A DNA stretch of 64,000 bases from Malacoraja senta (Eukaryota): NCBI GenBank assembly GCA_038087875.1, contig CM076000.1, positions 744,001 through 808,000 on the forward strand, given 5' to 3'. A program made the position numbers and the translations under genes. Of this stretch, positions 62,761 to 64,000 are shown in pieces; within the stretch, counting starts at the first letter, position 1; each line of letters starts with the position of its first letter. Below the pieces are notes generated by a model. The model was given only the letters and a program-made list of their open reading frames with translations. It was not told where the DNA came from and did not search any database.

Positions 62761-63724
62761 TATATATACGTTCAAATAAAGTCGGGGTGTTTTGATTATG
62801 ACTTCACTCTGTACTTTCACTTGCTTTGTGATTCTGAAGCATTATTGAAGGGATAGGGAAAATATATCATCTTCATTTCCGGTCACTTGTGTATTATTAG
62901 ATATTGGCCACCACTGGTTCACAGATGAATGTGATAAACAAAAATATGTTCCTGAAGCAACCAGCACTTTTCAAATGGAAACACTTATAATCACAAAAAA
63001 CAAGCCTGAGGCAAAATGTGGAAAATCAGAAAAAGGGCAATGCAGATATGACTGATTTATTTTCCACTTTTTAAATATTTTCCTCATATTTTACTAGTTA
63101 CCACTTTTGCATGCTGTGGCGCTCTTAAGATTCTGCTAAAGTCCAGATTTATAAAATTCTCATTTCTGGTACAGTCCATCACGCAAACCAACCTCCCTTT
63201 CATTGACTCCATCTACACTTCACGCTGCCCCGGCAAGACCACCAGCATCATCAAGGACAAGTCTCACCCCGGCCACTTCATCTTCTCCCCCTCTCTCATC
63301 AGGCAGGAGATTATGGGGTAAGATTTTCCTCCTTGGAATATTGAACATTCTCAGGAAATTGAACCCAGCGCTGTTTTTCCATGTTTTTCTTTCTGGGCTA
63401 AAAATGTACAATGACTTTATGTACTCTTACTATGTACTTTGGGAGTATTTGGGGCAAATCCTGAAGTTGCAGTTTGCATAATAATCCACCAGATGTTAAA
63501 TTGCATAAATTCTGATTCAGCAGCATTATGTTTTGAGCCCATTTAACACATCCATTGGGTTCACGCTCTTAGAAACCAGAATTTCCAAGCAAATGTCACA
63601 ACTCTCCTTTTTCTTGCAAAAACTAAAATTCAATATAAAGTCTGAAATATAATATAAAGGTGAATTTACTATTTTATGTTTATGCGATCAAATGGGTAAA
63701 AATAACTGAATCTATCAGGTGGTT

Positions 63725-64000
63725 TTCAGAGTAAAACACAAAGTGCAGGAGTAACTCAACACGTCAGCCAGCATCTGTGGAGGACATGGGTAGACAACGT
63801 TTGGCGCCTTCCTCAGACTCTCAGAACATGGTGGAAGAGCAGGAATTACAGCGGGCGAGCAGTGAGATAAGGTCTCACAGAACCCCTGTCGGAGAGAGGA
63901 GTGGAACTTCTCCCTAGTAGGCATACTTTGATAAGATTTTGCAGTGGAGCAGTAAAATGTAAACACAAGGAACTGCAGATGCTGAAATCTTGAGTAAAAC
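63725..64000 (-). mobile_element. Penelope pseudo-LTR fragments (tandem, runs off the window)
   Basis: gagtaaaacacaaagtgc..gtaactca..gcagcatctgtggag, followed by a second aaggaactgcagatgctg head. Confidence 0.65.

Noticed and set aside
54460..64000. Terminal exons or 3' UTR of the upstream neighbour (AFF3 in mammals, from memory)
   Set aside because: No recognisable coding exon; cannot support from the sequence.

Overview
Eukaryotic, repeat-rich vertebrate DNA. It is very probably from a cartilaginous fish (skate or ray), inferred from HE1/V-SINEs, HER1/CR1 LINEs and Penelope-type repeats. The only host gene I can support is the 5' half of REV1 (Y-family dCMP transferase) on the minus strand. 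It has 11 coding exons between 26801 and 2669 (about 654 codons: BRCT, N-digit, catalytic DMD and SCDE motifs), a putative first exon and CpG island at about 36.6-37.0 kb, and continues beyond position 1. Upstream (37-64 kb) is intergenic and TE-dense. It includes a degenerate DIRS1-type tyrosine-recombinase retrotransposon with intact termini and ICR (45318-54456), interrupted by a 4.3-kb L1 with a 16-bp TSD. The most interesting signals are: a 42-bp minisatellite at the REV1 promoter whose units resemble bipartite CTCF sites; four tandem GTGAG donors after an upstream ATG that could switch between a uORF and an in-frame N-terminal extension; a 1-nt phase conflict at exon 11; a NAGNAG acceptor at exon 9; and hammerhead-ribozyme cores in Penelope-derived fold-back insertions. 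Exon numbering is by analogy to mammalian REV1. Repeat boundaries are approximate unless a TSD or TIR is given.
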